From NCBI GenBank assembly GCA_963700145.1, contig OY969474.1, positions 1,984,001-2,048,000 on the forward strand: DNA of 64,000 nucleotides. Reading direction: 5' to 3'. Positions 50,592 to 59,075 of this stretch are shown here, piece by piece. The notes beneath the pieces are model-generated. The model saw only the letters and a list, made by a program, of their open reading frames with translations. It did not search any database and was not told where the DNA came from. Position numbers and translations under genes: made by a program. Numbering within the stretch: the first letter of the stretch is position 1; the number at the start of each line of letters is the position of its first letter. This DNA comes from an uncultured Acidobacteriota bacterium. Its GTDB lineage: Bacteria > Acidobacteriota > Thermoanaerobaculia > Multivoradales > UBA5704.

Positions 50592-52050
50592 GGGGATGCC
50601 CCGTTCCCTGTTGAAAGCCGAAAGAGGGAAAGCGGCTCGGTTGATCATGCCACGGCCTTGGTGTTCGTCGGTTCCTCGATCGCCGCGAGCGCGAGCTCGA
50701 GAGCCCCGAGGTGCCGATGTCCCTTGACACGCCGGAAGCCAGCCTCCGCGTCACACAGCGCCAGGGCGACCCAGCGCAGCACCATGTCGCCGCCGCGCCA
50801 GCGCTTGACGTTGCGCGTCGTCGTACGGATCGAGCCGATCGTGTTCTCGATCGCGTTGGTCGAGGCGAGCAACCGGCGCAGAGCGTCGGGCAGCTTCAGC
50901 CGCAAGGCGGTGAGGGTCTCGTCGAGGCCCTCGCGCAGGCTGCCCGCGGCGCCCGCGTGGCCTGCGTGCTCGAGCCAGCGGGCAAGCTGCTCGAGGCGAC
51001 GCTTGGCGAGGTCGAAGCGAGCGCTCTGGTAGGCCTCGACCATCAGGCGGTCGACCCGGGCTTGGAGCTGCTTGGGCAGGTGGTCGCGGACGTTGCGGCG
51101 CTTGTGGAGCTGGCAGCGCTGGACGTGGGTTGCGTCCCCGAAGACGGCGCGCACGGCCTTGCGCAGCCCCTTGCCGCCGTCGAGCACCGCCAAGAAGCGC
51201 GGCGGCATCGCGAGGCCTCGCTCCAACAGCTCCTGGAGCAGGCCGGTACAGAGCGCCGCGTTCTCCGTCGCGCCTTCACGCAGGCCGAGCACCCGCTTGG
51301 TCCCGTCGCGCGCGATGCCGAGTGCCACCACCAGGGTGTGGCCGGCCACCTCCAGCCCGTCGATCATCAGGATCAGGGGCTGGAAGTCCGACAGGTCTCG
51401 GCGCAGCCACGCGCCCAGCAGACGACGCGTCCCCGCCACCAGCCGGCGCTGGACCGCACTCTTGCTCGTCGCGCGCTCCGGCACCGACTCTGCGAGCGGC
51501 TCCAAGCTCCGACCGTAGCGGCGCTGCGAGACGCCGACCAGCGCCTGCTCGATCACCCGCTCCGTGAAGGGATCTTCGTCCTGAAAGGCGCGCACCGAAG
51601 GCAAGCTCATCTCGCCACCGTCGCGTCGCCGGACGCGCGGTCGCGGCAGCGCCACCTGGCGGCCACCCAGCACGAACTCGCTCGCCGTCGAGCCCCAGCG
51701 GTACGCCTCGCGGGTCGGATTGCGCCGACGCTTCGGACCGACGACGGCCTCGACCTCGTCCGCGAGCTGCCGCCCCAGGGCCTCGACGCCCGCGGCGTGA
51801 AACAGCTCCAGCAGCCCCTGGCGGCTGGCCTCGATGCCCTCGACCATCGGCCGCAGCAGCGCTTGTAGCCCGTGGCTGATGCGCGCCGCACGGCCCCCTT
51901 GCCACACCACCCGCCTTTCTGCTCTCGTCTTCATCACGGCTCCTTGGCCCCCTGGCGGGGCCGGTTATTCGACCAACCCGATTCTCGATCAGGTGGGCCG
52001 AGGAGCCGCCTTCACCTCATTGCTCTTTCAACAGCGGGAGGGACAACCCC
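50592..52050 (-). mobile_element. Complete IS256-family insertion sequence
   Basis: Imperfect terminal IRs GGGGATGCCCCGTTCCCTGTTGAAAG and GGGGTTGTCCCTCCCGCTGTTGAAAG; 9-bp TSD GCATCCTCC at 50583-50591 and 52051-52059. Confidence 0.92.
50645..51937 (-). CDS. IS256-family (Mutator-like) DDE transposase
   Basis: LMIDG, VLDGGKGL, QRCQLHKRRN, STNAIE. Confidence 0.93.
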   Translation of the reverse strand: MMKTRAERRVVWQGGRAARISHGLQALLRPMVEGIEASRQGLLELFHAAGVEALGRQLADEVEAVVGPKRRRNPTREAYRWGSTASEFVLGGRQVALPRPRVRRRDGGEMSLPSVRAFQDEDPFTERVIEQALVGVSQRRYGRSLEPLAESVPERATSKSAVQRRLVAGTRRLLGAWLRRDLSDFQPLILMIDGLEVAGHTLVVALGIARDGTKRVLGLREGATENAALCTGLLQELLERGLAMPPRFLAVLDGGKGLRKAVRAVFGDATHVQRCQLHKRRNVRDHLPKQLQARVDRLMVEAYQSARFDLAKRRLEQLARWLEHAGHAGAAGSLREGLDETLTALRLKLPDALRRLLASTNAIENTIGSIRTTTRNVKRWRGGDMVLRWVALALCDAEAGFRRVKGHRHLGALELALAAIEEPTNTKAVA

Positions 52051-52339
52051 GCATCCTCCACACCACCGAGGGCGACACCGTCGAGGCGGCGTGGCGCACC
52101 CTCCGCCCCGGCCGCAACAACACCGCCAACGTCCACGCGCAAGTGCAGGTGGAGATGGTGGCGAGGCCATCAGTAGCAATGGGATATCGGGTTATCGAGC
52201 TTCACCGCGCTTAGCTTGGCCTGCACCTTTTTGATTCCCAGTCAGATAACAGCGGGTAGATGCGAAGTACTAGGTGCAGCGGCGCTCCGCGACCGCGTCA
52301 CGTCACAACCGACGCGCAAGCGCCTTACGAGGAGGCACT

Positions 52340-52539
52340 ATGACCCTCGGACGAGTCGTCAGTGGGAAGCTCTTAGCAATCGCCTGCCTGGCCGTGCTGG
52401 CCTCTCGGTGTTCGCGGGAACGGCGGTCGCGCAGCGCACTCCCGACCAACCCGAGCTGGCTCCGCTTTACAACGAGGGTCTGCCTCATGCGCTCCTCGTG
52501 CTCGGGCCGGCCCCTCCGCTTGCCCGGGCGCTCGCATAA
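52340..52539 (+). pseudogene. Frameshifted small secreted protein
   Basis: GAGGAGG RBS and ATG; signal peptide LAIACLAVL continues as GLSVFAGTAVAQ in another frame near 52400. Confidence 0.4.
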
Positions 52540-52555
52540 AGGAGGAGGGGCAGCC

Positions 52556-55500
52556 ATGCGTCCTGCTATGCGCTGGTGGCAAGCGCTCGTGTTGTGGGCG
52601 GTCTGTACCTTGGGTGTGGTCCGGGTCGCCGACGCCGGCGATCTGCGCGTCATGAAGACCGGTCTGGGCCAGGGCACCATCTCCGCGCCCGGGATCATCT
52701 CCTGCGGAACCGGTGGCACTGACTGCAACGAGCCGGGCCTGTCCGGGACGATCATGTTGACCGTGAGCGTGCCCGCCGGCTCGGGCTCGCGGTTGAGGGC
52801 GTGGGGCGGTGACTGCTCGTCGACGCCGGCGGCGGCGGCGTCATGCACGGTCAACATGAGCGTGACGAGGTCGGTGCGCGTCGACTTCGAGCTGATCACG
52901 CCGATCAACCCGATCACCGATTACTCGCCGGGCGGCATCCGGACCTATCTCACCACCGCCGCGAATGCCAACGTCGACACCGCCGCCGAGTTCGTCGCGG
53001 CGCTATCGCAGGACTTCAGGGAGAACTGGATCCTGCTGCCCAGGTCGGAGAGCCTGCAGACGGGAACGGCCAAGCTGCCCCGGATCCTGCTGGTGAGCGC
53101 CGACGCGACGCGCGTCTTCACCATCGCGCTCGACCTCCACTCTTCGTATCCCGGCGCGCATCCGCTCGCGATCGAATACATGCAGTGGAATGGCGGCAGC
53201 GACAACAACTTCCACTTTCACGAGATCGTCCTCAACACCATCCCGGACATGGACATGCTCGCCCCAGGGCCGCCGCCGGTGTTCCGATTTCCGGCGCGCA
53301 CGCGCGGCACGGATCCCGTCAAGGAGGACGATCCGAGATGCTTCTCGTGTCATTCGACGCGAAACGTGAGACACGACCGTCGCTCCACCACGCCGGGTAC
53401 TACCGGGATCCCCATCGGAAGCGTCCCGTTCAAGAGCAAGCCGAACTGGGACACGTACGACAGCTGGGGCGGGATGCTGGCATTCAACCGCGATCGCATC
53501 TATCAGGGAACGGTCGAAGCGGCCGCATTCCGCCGGACCTTCAATCTCTGGACATGGCAGAACAACGACGCCATCCGCGCCGTGATCGAGCAACTCAAGC
53601 TCCAGCCGGATGGCGTGCCGACGAATGACCGCATCGTCCGCTGGGACGCCGGCGGCGCGAACGACGGTCACATCCAGTTCGCTTTCGATCCGCCGGCACC
53701 CACGGCCGTCACCCGGGAGCCGCAGCCGACGGGCTCGGGCCCGAACGTCACCTACAACTTCGATCGGCGAGTCGGCCCGGCCAACCCGGACAACGTCCTC
53801 CGATCGGGCGTCTTCGTCAGGCTTCACCACTCGTGTCAGCCGGGCAGCGACGAAGGGCGAGCCGTCGAGTTCTTCGATCGATTGACGGGAGGGCGCCCGA
53901 CGTCGGACCCAGACGCGACGGCACCGCTCAACCCGGCCTGTCCGCCGCGCCCTGCGACTCCCTTGCCGGGCCCCAATCCGCTGCGCATCGCCGACGAGCT
54001 GGTCACGCACCAGTGGGCGACGGGCAGCGTCGCGATCGACGTGCGGCCGATCGCGCTCGCGATCGCCCGCAGATGCATCACCGTGAGCGGCGGAACCGAC
54101 ATCACCGCGACGCAGACGGTCACCGGCGTGCCTGCGGCCGCACTCGGCTTCTTCGAGGCGCGCAACGGAATGACCTTTGATCGGGTCTACGACGACACAC
54201 GACGCCGGGCGCAGAGCCTGACGCGACGGAAGGCCGACATCGCGCGGACGACGTTGGATCGCGACGCCGACCTCTACGTGTACGACCCGAACCCGTTCGA
54301 TGGGATCCCGATCGCCGACACGTCGGATCGCGTCGACGGCCTGATTCGAGAGTTCGGCGCCGGCACCCTCGGCATCGCCGGGGGAACGGGCGGCGGGGAC
54401 AGGTCCTTTCAGCGGCTGCGCCAGGAGGTCTTCCGACGCGGGCCGCCTCCCGGGCACGCCGACGAGACCGTCATGGGCGGGTTCTACATCGATCGCGAAG
54501 ACGATTCGACGCCCGAGGAGGGTATCCCGAGGCCGGACAACACCGCCTCCGTCGCGCTCTACCGGTACTTCCTCGAGCCCCTCGGTGTTTCCGTCGACAA
54601 GTGGTCGATGGGTGTCCGCGGACGCTCGCGCACGTACACGTTCGCAGACATCTTCGGCTTCTACACGGGCACCTTCCTGACGGTGCTGCCGGCAAGCCTC
54701 GGTTTGCCTGCGAACCCGGACTGCGCGGTGATCAACCCTCTCGTGACCACGGAGCTCGCACGCCTCGCGATGTTTCCCGCGACCCCGGCGTACACGGACA
54801 TCCAGCGCATCTTCAACAAGAGCTGCATCGATTGTCACGACGCCAGCATCGGTTATCCACCATTCCGCACCTATGCCGGCAGCGGGCTCGACCTGTCCGA
54901 GAACGAGGATCCGCCCCCGGGACAACGGCGCCTGTGGCGATCGCTGGATTTCGCTCGGAGGATCAGCAGTGCTCCTGCCTGTGCTCCGAGCACACCCGTG
55001 TGCACGGTCGGCGGCGGCACCGACGTCAGCAACAGCTATCTCTACCAGCGCATTACCGACCGCGGAATGCTGCAGCATCCGTACAACCCGGGACAGCCCC
55101 ATAACTTCAGCAATCCCGACGATCCAGCGAACCCGGACGTGGCCGACGAGCGCTGTCCGGCAGGTCTCATGCCCTGCGAGGGTCCGCCGCTCAGCAAGGT
55201 CGACATCGAGACCTTACGTCGCTGGATCCTCGGCGGCCGACCCAACACCGAGGGCGATCCGCACATCAGGACCATCGACGGCGTGAACTACGACTTCCAG
55301 AGCGCCGGTGAGTTCATCCTGCTGCGTGGCGAGGGCCTGGGCCTGCAAGCACGGCAGACCGCAGTGACCACCGCCGCCCCGGTCGGGCCGAACGCCCACA
55401 CCGGCCTCACCTCGTGCGTCAGCCTGAACACCGCGGTCGCGATGAGAGCCGGGCTCGATCGTGTCACCTACCAGCCGGAGATCGTCAGCCTGCGGGCGAC

Positions 55501-56680
55501 CCACGTGCCGGAGGACACGGTGACCCCGGAGCGCAGGCGGCTGGTGCTGCGCATCAATGGAAAGGAAGCACAGCTCGGGGCCGACGGCATCGCCCTCGCA
55601 TCGGGCGGCCGGATCATCCAGACGACGATGCCCCGCGGCATCGAGATCCTCATTCCGGGCGGCGAAGCCGTCGTGGTCACGCCGCGCTTCTGGGACTACT
55701 ACCAGGTCTGGTACATGAACATCGAGGTCCGGCACGCCCGATCCACCGAGGGGGTGATGGGTGCGATCGCGCCCGGGAGCTGGCTGCCGGCGCTGTCAAA
55801 CGGCGCGTCCCTCGGGCCGCTGCCGAGCGACCTCGCGCAACGGCACCGGGATCTCTACGAGACCTTCGCGAAGTCGTGGCGCGTCGACGCCACCACCTCG
55901 CTGTTCGACTACGAGCCGGGTCTGTCACCGGAGTCGTTCGTCGTCGAGGGCTGGCCGGTGGCCGCACAGCAGGGCTGCGTGGCCCCGCCGCAGCCGGGTG
56001 GGCCGCTCGCGAGGCCGGCACCCGCGCCGATCGCGCGCGCCCAGGCCGAGCAGCTGTGCCGTGGCATCGTCGATCCGCCGCGGCGCCAGAACTGCGTCCA
56101 GGACGTCATGGCCACGGGTGAACCCAGCTTCGCGAGCGCGTACGAGGATACCGAGAAGCTGGAGCGGCGGCGGATGCCGGCGCCGCCCGTGCTCAGGTCG
56201 CCGGCGGACAACGCCCGCGTGCCGGCGAATCGCGTCGACTTCGAGTGGGCCCCGCATCCGGGCACCGAAGGCATCGATGTCGTCTATCGCCACTGCATCT
56301 GGCACGCCGACGAGGTCTACGACTTTAATCACTGCACCGAGCTCCCCGACGGCGGCGCCGGATCATGGTTCGGATCGCTGGGGATCGAGGTGCAGAAGCG
56401 CCTCTGGCTCTGGATCCTGATCGCGATTTTGCTGCTCATGTTGATCGCGGTGGTGCTGATCCGGCGATACGGCAAGCGAGGTCTGGTGATCGTGCTGATC
56501 CTCGCAGCGATCGTCGCCGTGCTTCTCCTCCTGCTATCGCGGGTGCGCGTCGAGGGACCACGCAAGACCCACGTCAACGGTTTGCAGCCGGGCAAGGTCT
56601 ACTTCTGGAAGGTCGTGGCGGAGACCACGGAAGGCGTCACGGTCGAGAGCGTGACCCACCGCCTGGAGGTCGCGCAGTGA
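52556..56680 (+). CDS. Large secreted c-type-heme / VWD-domain surface protein with C-terminal FN3-like domain and TM hairpin
   Basis: [14 protein letters not shown]; signal peptide; WGGDC bacterial repeat; CFSCH and CIDCH; GDPHIRTIDGVNYDFQ; LQPGKVYFWKV. Confidence 0.8.
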   Translation: MRPAMRWWQALVLWAVCTLGVVRVADAGDLRVMKTGLGQGTISAPGIISCGTGGTDCNEPGLSGTIMLTVSVPAGSGSRLRAWGGDCSSTPAAAASCTVNMSVTRSVRVDFELITPINPITDYSPGGIRTYLTTAANANVDTAAEFVAALSQDFRENWILLPRSESLQTGTAKLPRILLVSADATRVFTIALDLHSSYPGAHPLAIEYMQWNGGSDNNFHFHEIVLNTIPDMDMLAPGPPPVFRFPARTRGTDPVKEDDPRCFSCHSTRNVRHDRRSTTPGTTGIPIGSVPFKSKPNWDTYDSWGGMLAFNRDRIYQGTVEAAAFRRTFNLWTWQNNDAIRAVIEQLKLQPDGVPTNDRIVRWDAGGANDGHIQFAFDPPAPTAVTREPQPTGSGPNVTYNFDRRVGPANPDNVLRSGVFVRLHHSCQPGSDEGRAVEFFDRLTGGRPTSDPDATAPLNPACPPRPATPLPGPNPLRIADELVTHQWATGSVAIDVRPIALAIARRCITVSGGTDITATQTVTGVPAAALGFFEARNGMTFDRVYDDTRRRAQSLTRRKADIARTTLDRDADLYVYDPNPFDGIPIADTSDRVDGLIREFGAGTLGIAGGTGGGDRSFQRLRQEVFRRGPPPGHADETVMGGFYIDREDDSTPEEGIPRPDNTASVALYRYFLEPLGVSVDKWSMGVRGRSRTYTFADIFGFYTGTFLTVLPASLGLPANPDCAVINPLVTTELARLAMFPATPAYTDIQRIFNKSCIDCHDASIGYPPFRTYAGSGLDLSENEDPPPGQRRLWRSLDFARRISSAPACAPSTPVCTVGGGTDVSNSYLYQRITDRGMLQHPYNPGQPHNFSNPDDPANPDVADERCPAGLMPCEGPPLSKVDIETLRRWILGGRPNTEGDPHIRTIDGVNYDFQSAGEFILLRGEGLGLQARQTAVTTAAPVGPNAHTGLTSCVSLNTAVAMRAGLDRVTYQPEIVSLRATHVPEDTVTPERRRLVLRINGKEAQLGADGIALASGGRIIQTTMPRGIEILIPGGEAVVVTPRFWDYYQVWYMNIEVRHARSTEGVMGAIAPGSWLPALSNGASLGPLPSDLAQRHRDLYETFAKSWRVDATTSLFDYEPGLSPESFVVEGWPVAAQQGCVAPPQPGGPLARPAPAPIARAQAEQLCRGIVDPPRRQNCVQDVMATGEPSFASAYEDTEKLERRRMPAPPVLRSPADNARVPANRVDFEWAPHPGTEGIDVVYRHCIWHADEVYDFNHCTELPDGGAGSWFGSLGIEVQKRLWLWILIAILLLMLIAVVLIRRYGKRGLVIVLILAAIVAVLLLLLSRVRVEGPRKTHVNGLQPGKVYFWKVVAETTEGVTVESVTHRLEVAQ

Positions 56681-56797
56681 CGGGCTGGCGGGTGCGCCAC
56701 GTGTGGGCCAGCGCTGGCAGAGCCGCCAACACCCAGTGGAGCCGACGCGGCCAGGCGGTTTGCATCCCGCGGCCCGCGGTCGGACGCTAGCCTCCCA

Positions 56798-57057
56798 TCA
56801 CACACTCGAATCGTGAGCCGCCCCGCCCGGCCTCGATCTCGTAGTGCTGCCCGCGGTCGAAGCCGGCGCGCTGGAGCCAGGCCGGAGATGCGGAGGTCCG
56901 GGACCAAGCGGCGGTAGCCGCGGCTGCGGCAGCAGATGGTGCCGAAGCGGTGGCCTTTCGCTCGGGCGGCCGCAGCGCGGGCGAGCTTGCGCTCGCGCCA
57001 CTCGTCGGGCTGGGGGAGCTGGTCGGGTGGGGGGGCGGAAAGGTGCGCAGCGCGGTG
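56798..57057 (-). pseudogene. SymE-family toxin remnant (frameshifted, 5-prime truncated)
   Basis: VPDLRISG and GRLTIRV in one frame, WLQRAGFDRGQHYEIEA in another; together they match the SymE PxLxxxGxWLxxxGF pattern. Confidence 0.65.
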
Positions 57058-57070
57058 CTAGCATCGCGTC

Positions 57071-57295
57071 ATGCGACTCGTCGAAGCCAGGTACGAGGAG
57101 GGTCTACTCAAGCCCACGGAGCCTCTTGCGCTTCGGCCCGGTGAGCGGGTCGGGCTGATCGTCGTCCGGCGGCCGGACCCCAGCCGCTGGGACCTCCAGC
57201 GTCTCGCGACGACCGGCCGGGACGAGGATCTCGCTCTGGCCGAGCAGGGCCTCGGAGACTGGGTAGACGCGCTGGAGGGGGAGGACCGCCGTTGA
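57071..57295 (+). CDS. Antitoxin (AF2212/DUF104-like)
   Basis: VEARYEEGLLKPTEPLALRPGERV; overlaps the downstream toxin. Confidence 0.75.
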   Translation: MRLVEARYEEGLLKPTEPLALRPGERVGLIVVRRPDPSRWDLQRLATTGRDEDLALAEQGLGDWVDALEGEDRR

Positions 57296-57651
57296 GGCGG
57301 GGCGAGGTCTGGTGGGCAGACCTCGGTCCCTACCGGCCGCTCGAGCAGACGGGGCGTCGGCCCGTCGTGATCTGGCAGGGCGACGCCCTGACGCGAGTCC
57401 TGCAGTCCGTACTGATCATTCCCCTCACGACTAACCTGAGCCGCGCGAGTCTCGCGGGGACTGCGGTGCTCACCGCTTCCCCGGACGGTCTACCGACCGA
57501 CTCCGTGGCGCTCGCGTTTCAGCTCCGAGCCGTTCCGAAATCGGCGTTGGACACGAAGATCCGGAATGTCACCGAGGACGAACTGGCGGAGCTGGAGTTG
57601 GCCACGGACGAGGCGGTTGGGCGCGTAGAACCAGAAGGCCTCGACGGCTGA
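57292..57651 (+). CDS. PemK/MazF-family toxin
   Basis: RRGEVWWADL, EQTGRRPVVI, IIPLTT, QLRAV. Confidence 0.9.
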   Translation: MRRGEVWWADLGPYRPLEQTGRRPVVIWQGDALTRVLQSVLIIPLTTNLSRASLAGTAVLTASPDGLPTDSVALAFQLRAVPKSALDTKIRNVTEDELAELELATDEAVGRVEPEGLDG

Positions 57652-57663
57652 TCAGCTCCGCAG

Positions 57664-57906
57664 ATGATCCTCGAAGCGGAGATTCGGGAGAAGCTCGACG
57701 TCGAGTCGTTCGAGGATTGGCTCGTTCAGCATAGCTGGAACATGCATCTCGACAGCGACCGCGCCGCCCAGGAGCTTGCCTCCGGAGTGGAGCTTGCGTT
57801 GGCCGAGCATTCGTCCGGGCATCTGTCGGACAACGAGCTGCGGCAAGAGCTGCACTCGCTCCTTGGGCAGGTCGTGGCATCCCCGCGGTCCGCAGTCAGC
57901 CGCTAG
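57664..57906 (+). CDS. Small hypothetical protein
   Basis: 80-aa acidic helical ORF following the toxin. Confidence 0.45.
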   Translation: MILEAEIREKLDVESFEDWLVQHSWNMHLDSDRAAQELASGVELALAEHSSGHLSDNELRQELHSLLGQVVASPRSAVSR

Positions 57907-58025
57907 CTTCCATCACATCGCTCGAATCGTAGCCGCCCGGAAGTCACGGCTCGGCAGATTGGCGCACCTTCATCTTAGAGAGAACTCATGGATCTCTCGA
58001 ACTCTCAACAGAAGGAGGGCACGAG

Positions 58026-58406
58026 ATGCGCACCCGGTCACTCCGCCTCGCCCGAACCGCCCTGGCGACTCTGACGCTGGTTGTCGTCTTCGCCGGTCTC
58101 GCTCACGCACAGGGGGCGCCGATGACCGCCAACCGGCCGCCCGGGAAAAACTACACGCCCATCATGTCCGTCGGAGCGTCGCAGCCCGACCTCAACTCTC
58201 TGGGCCTGACGACCCCGGAGGCCTCGCCGATGTCCTGCACCTACTTCGGGATGTACGACGAGTGGTGGAAGAACGGGGAGGTCTGCCGCACCCGCAACAC
58301 CTGCCTGCCACCCGGGCAGCAGATCTCCGGCTCTTGCCCCGACGGCTGGGACGAAAAAACCAGCGAGCAAATCGTCTGCTGGTGCCCCTACTACTGCCCG
58401 TGCTGA
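58026..58406 (+). CDS. Secreted Cys-rich small protein
   Basis: AAGGAGG RBS; signal peptide ending AHA; 8 Cys in the C-terminal 56 aa. Confidence 0.75.
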   Translation: MRTRSLRLARTALATLTLVVVFAGLAHAQGAPMTANRPPGKNYTPIMSVGASQPDLNSLGLTTPEASPMSCTYFGMYDEWWKNGEVCRTRNTCLPPGQQISGSCPDGWDEKTSEQIVCWCPYYCPC

Positions 58407-58567
58407 TGATGCTCCGGCCGGTACCATAGCGACTGTCGAGCTGAGGGCAGCGGCTAGCGGGCGTCCTCCCCTAGGCGGGAGCGGCGAGCTCGGGGAGCAG
58501 CGTTAGACGGCCCTGGGTGCGTCGACGTAGACCGTAGCAGTGCTACCGAGCTCGGAAACGCTCTTCC

Positions 58568-59065
58568 ATGGAGGGTTCCATGCGCCACAAGCTGGCTGTC
58601 GCCTTCTTGATCGCCTGCACCACCTGCGCCACGAGCGCCTATCCTGCGGACGAGGCTCAGGCGGTTACCTTCAGCTTGAACAACACGGCTAGCCGTGATG
58701 CTGCGACAGTTCTGCGTACAATCGCTGGCGTCAAGAACCTGGAGATAGATGACGACCACACCATCACGGTTCGCGACACTCAAGAGCAGCTCGAGCTGGC
58801 TGCAGCCGTCGTCAAGATGCTGGACGCCACCGAGGACACGGCCGACGCGACTCCTCTGACCGCCAGTGACGGCTCCGTCATCGCAGCCGTCGTCCTGGAC
58901 CGCGCGTCATCGGCGGAAGTCATGGTCGCGCTTCGGGAGGAGCTTCAGATTGCGAGATGCGCGACAGCGGGCGAGAAGAGGGTCTTTCTTCGCGACACCG
59001 ACAGCCAAATTCAGGCAGCTCTGAAGGTGATTGAGAGGCTCGAGCGCGATCACGAGAACTCCTAA
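58568..59065 (+). CDS. Secreted protein with secretin-N (NolW-like) repeats
   Basis: Signal peptide; two repeats of ITVRDTQEQLELA / VFLRDTDSQIQAA. Confidence 0.6.
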   Translation: MEGSMRHKLAVAFLIACTTCATSAYPADEAQAVTFSLNNTASRDAATVLRTIAGVKNLEIDDDHTITVRDTQEQLELAAAVVKMLDATEDTADATPLTASDGSVIAAVVLDRASSAEVMVALREELQIARCATAGEKRVFLRDTDSQIQAALKVIERLERDHENS

Positions 59066-59075
59066 AGGACGTTAG

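Larger units (their letters stand above)
50540..52214 (+). pseudogene. Small ORF interrupted by IS256
   Basis: Removing the IS and one TSD copy gives a continuous MAELRWLREHRTLIGILHTTEGDTVEAAW...IELHRA frame. Confidence 0.6.

Noticed and set aside
56720-59075. Integron cassette array (co-oriented small genes; GCCAAC near 56725, GTTAGAC at 58502, GTTAGC near 59071)
   Set aside because: I could not pair R''/R' boxes or build attC hairpins, and there is no integrase.
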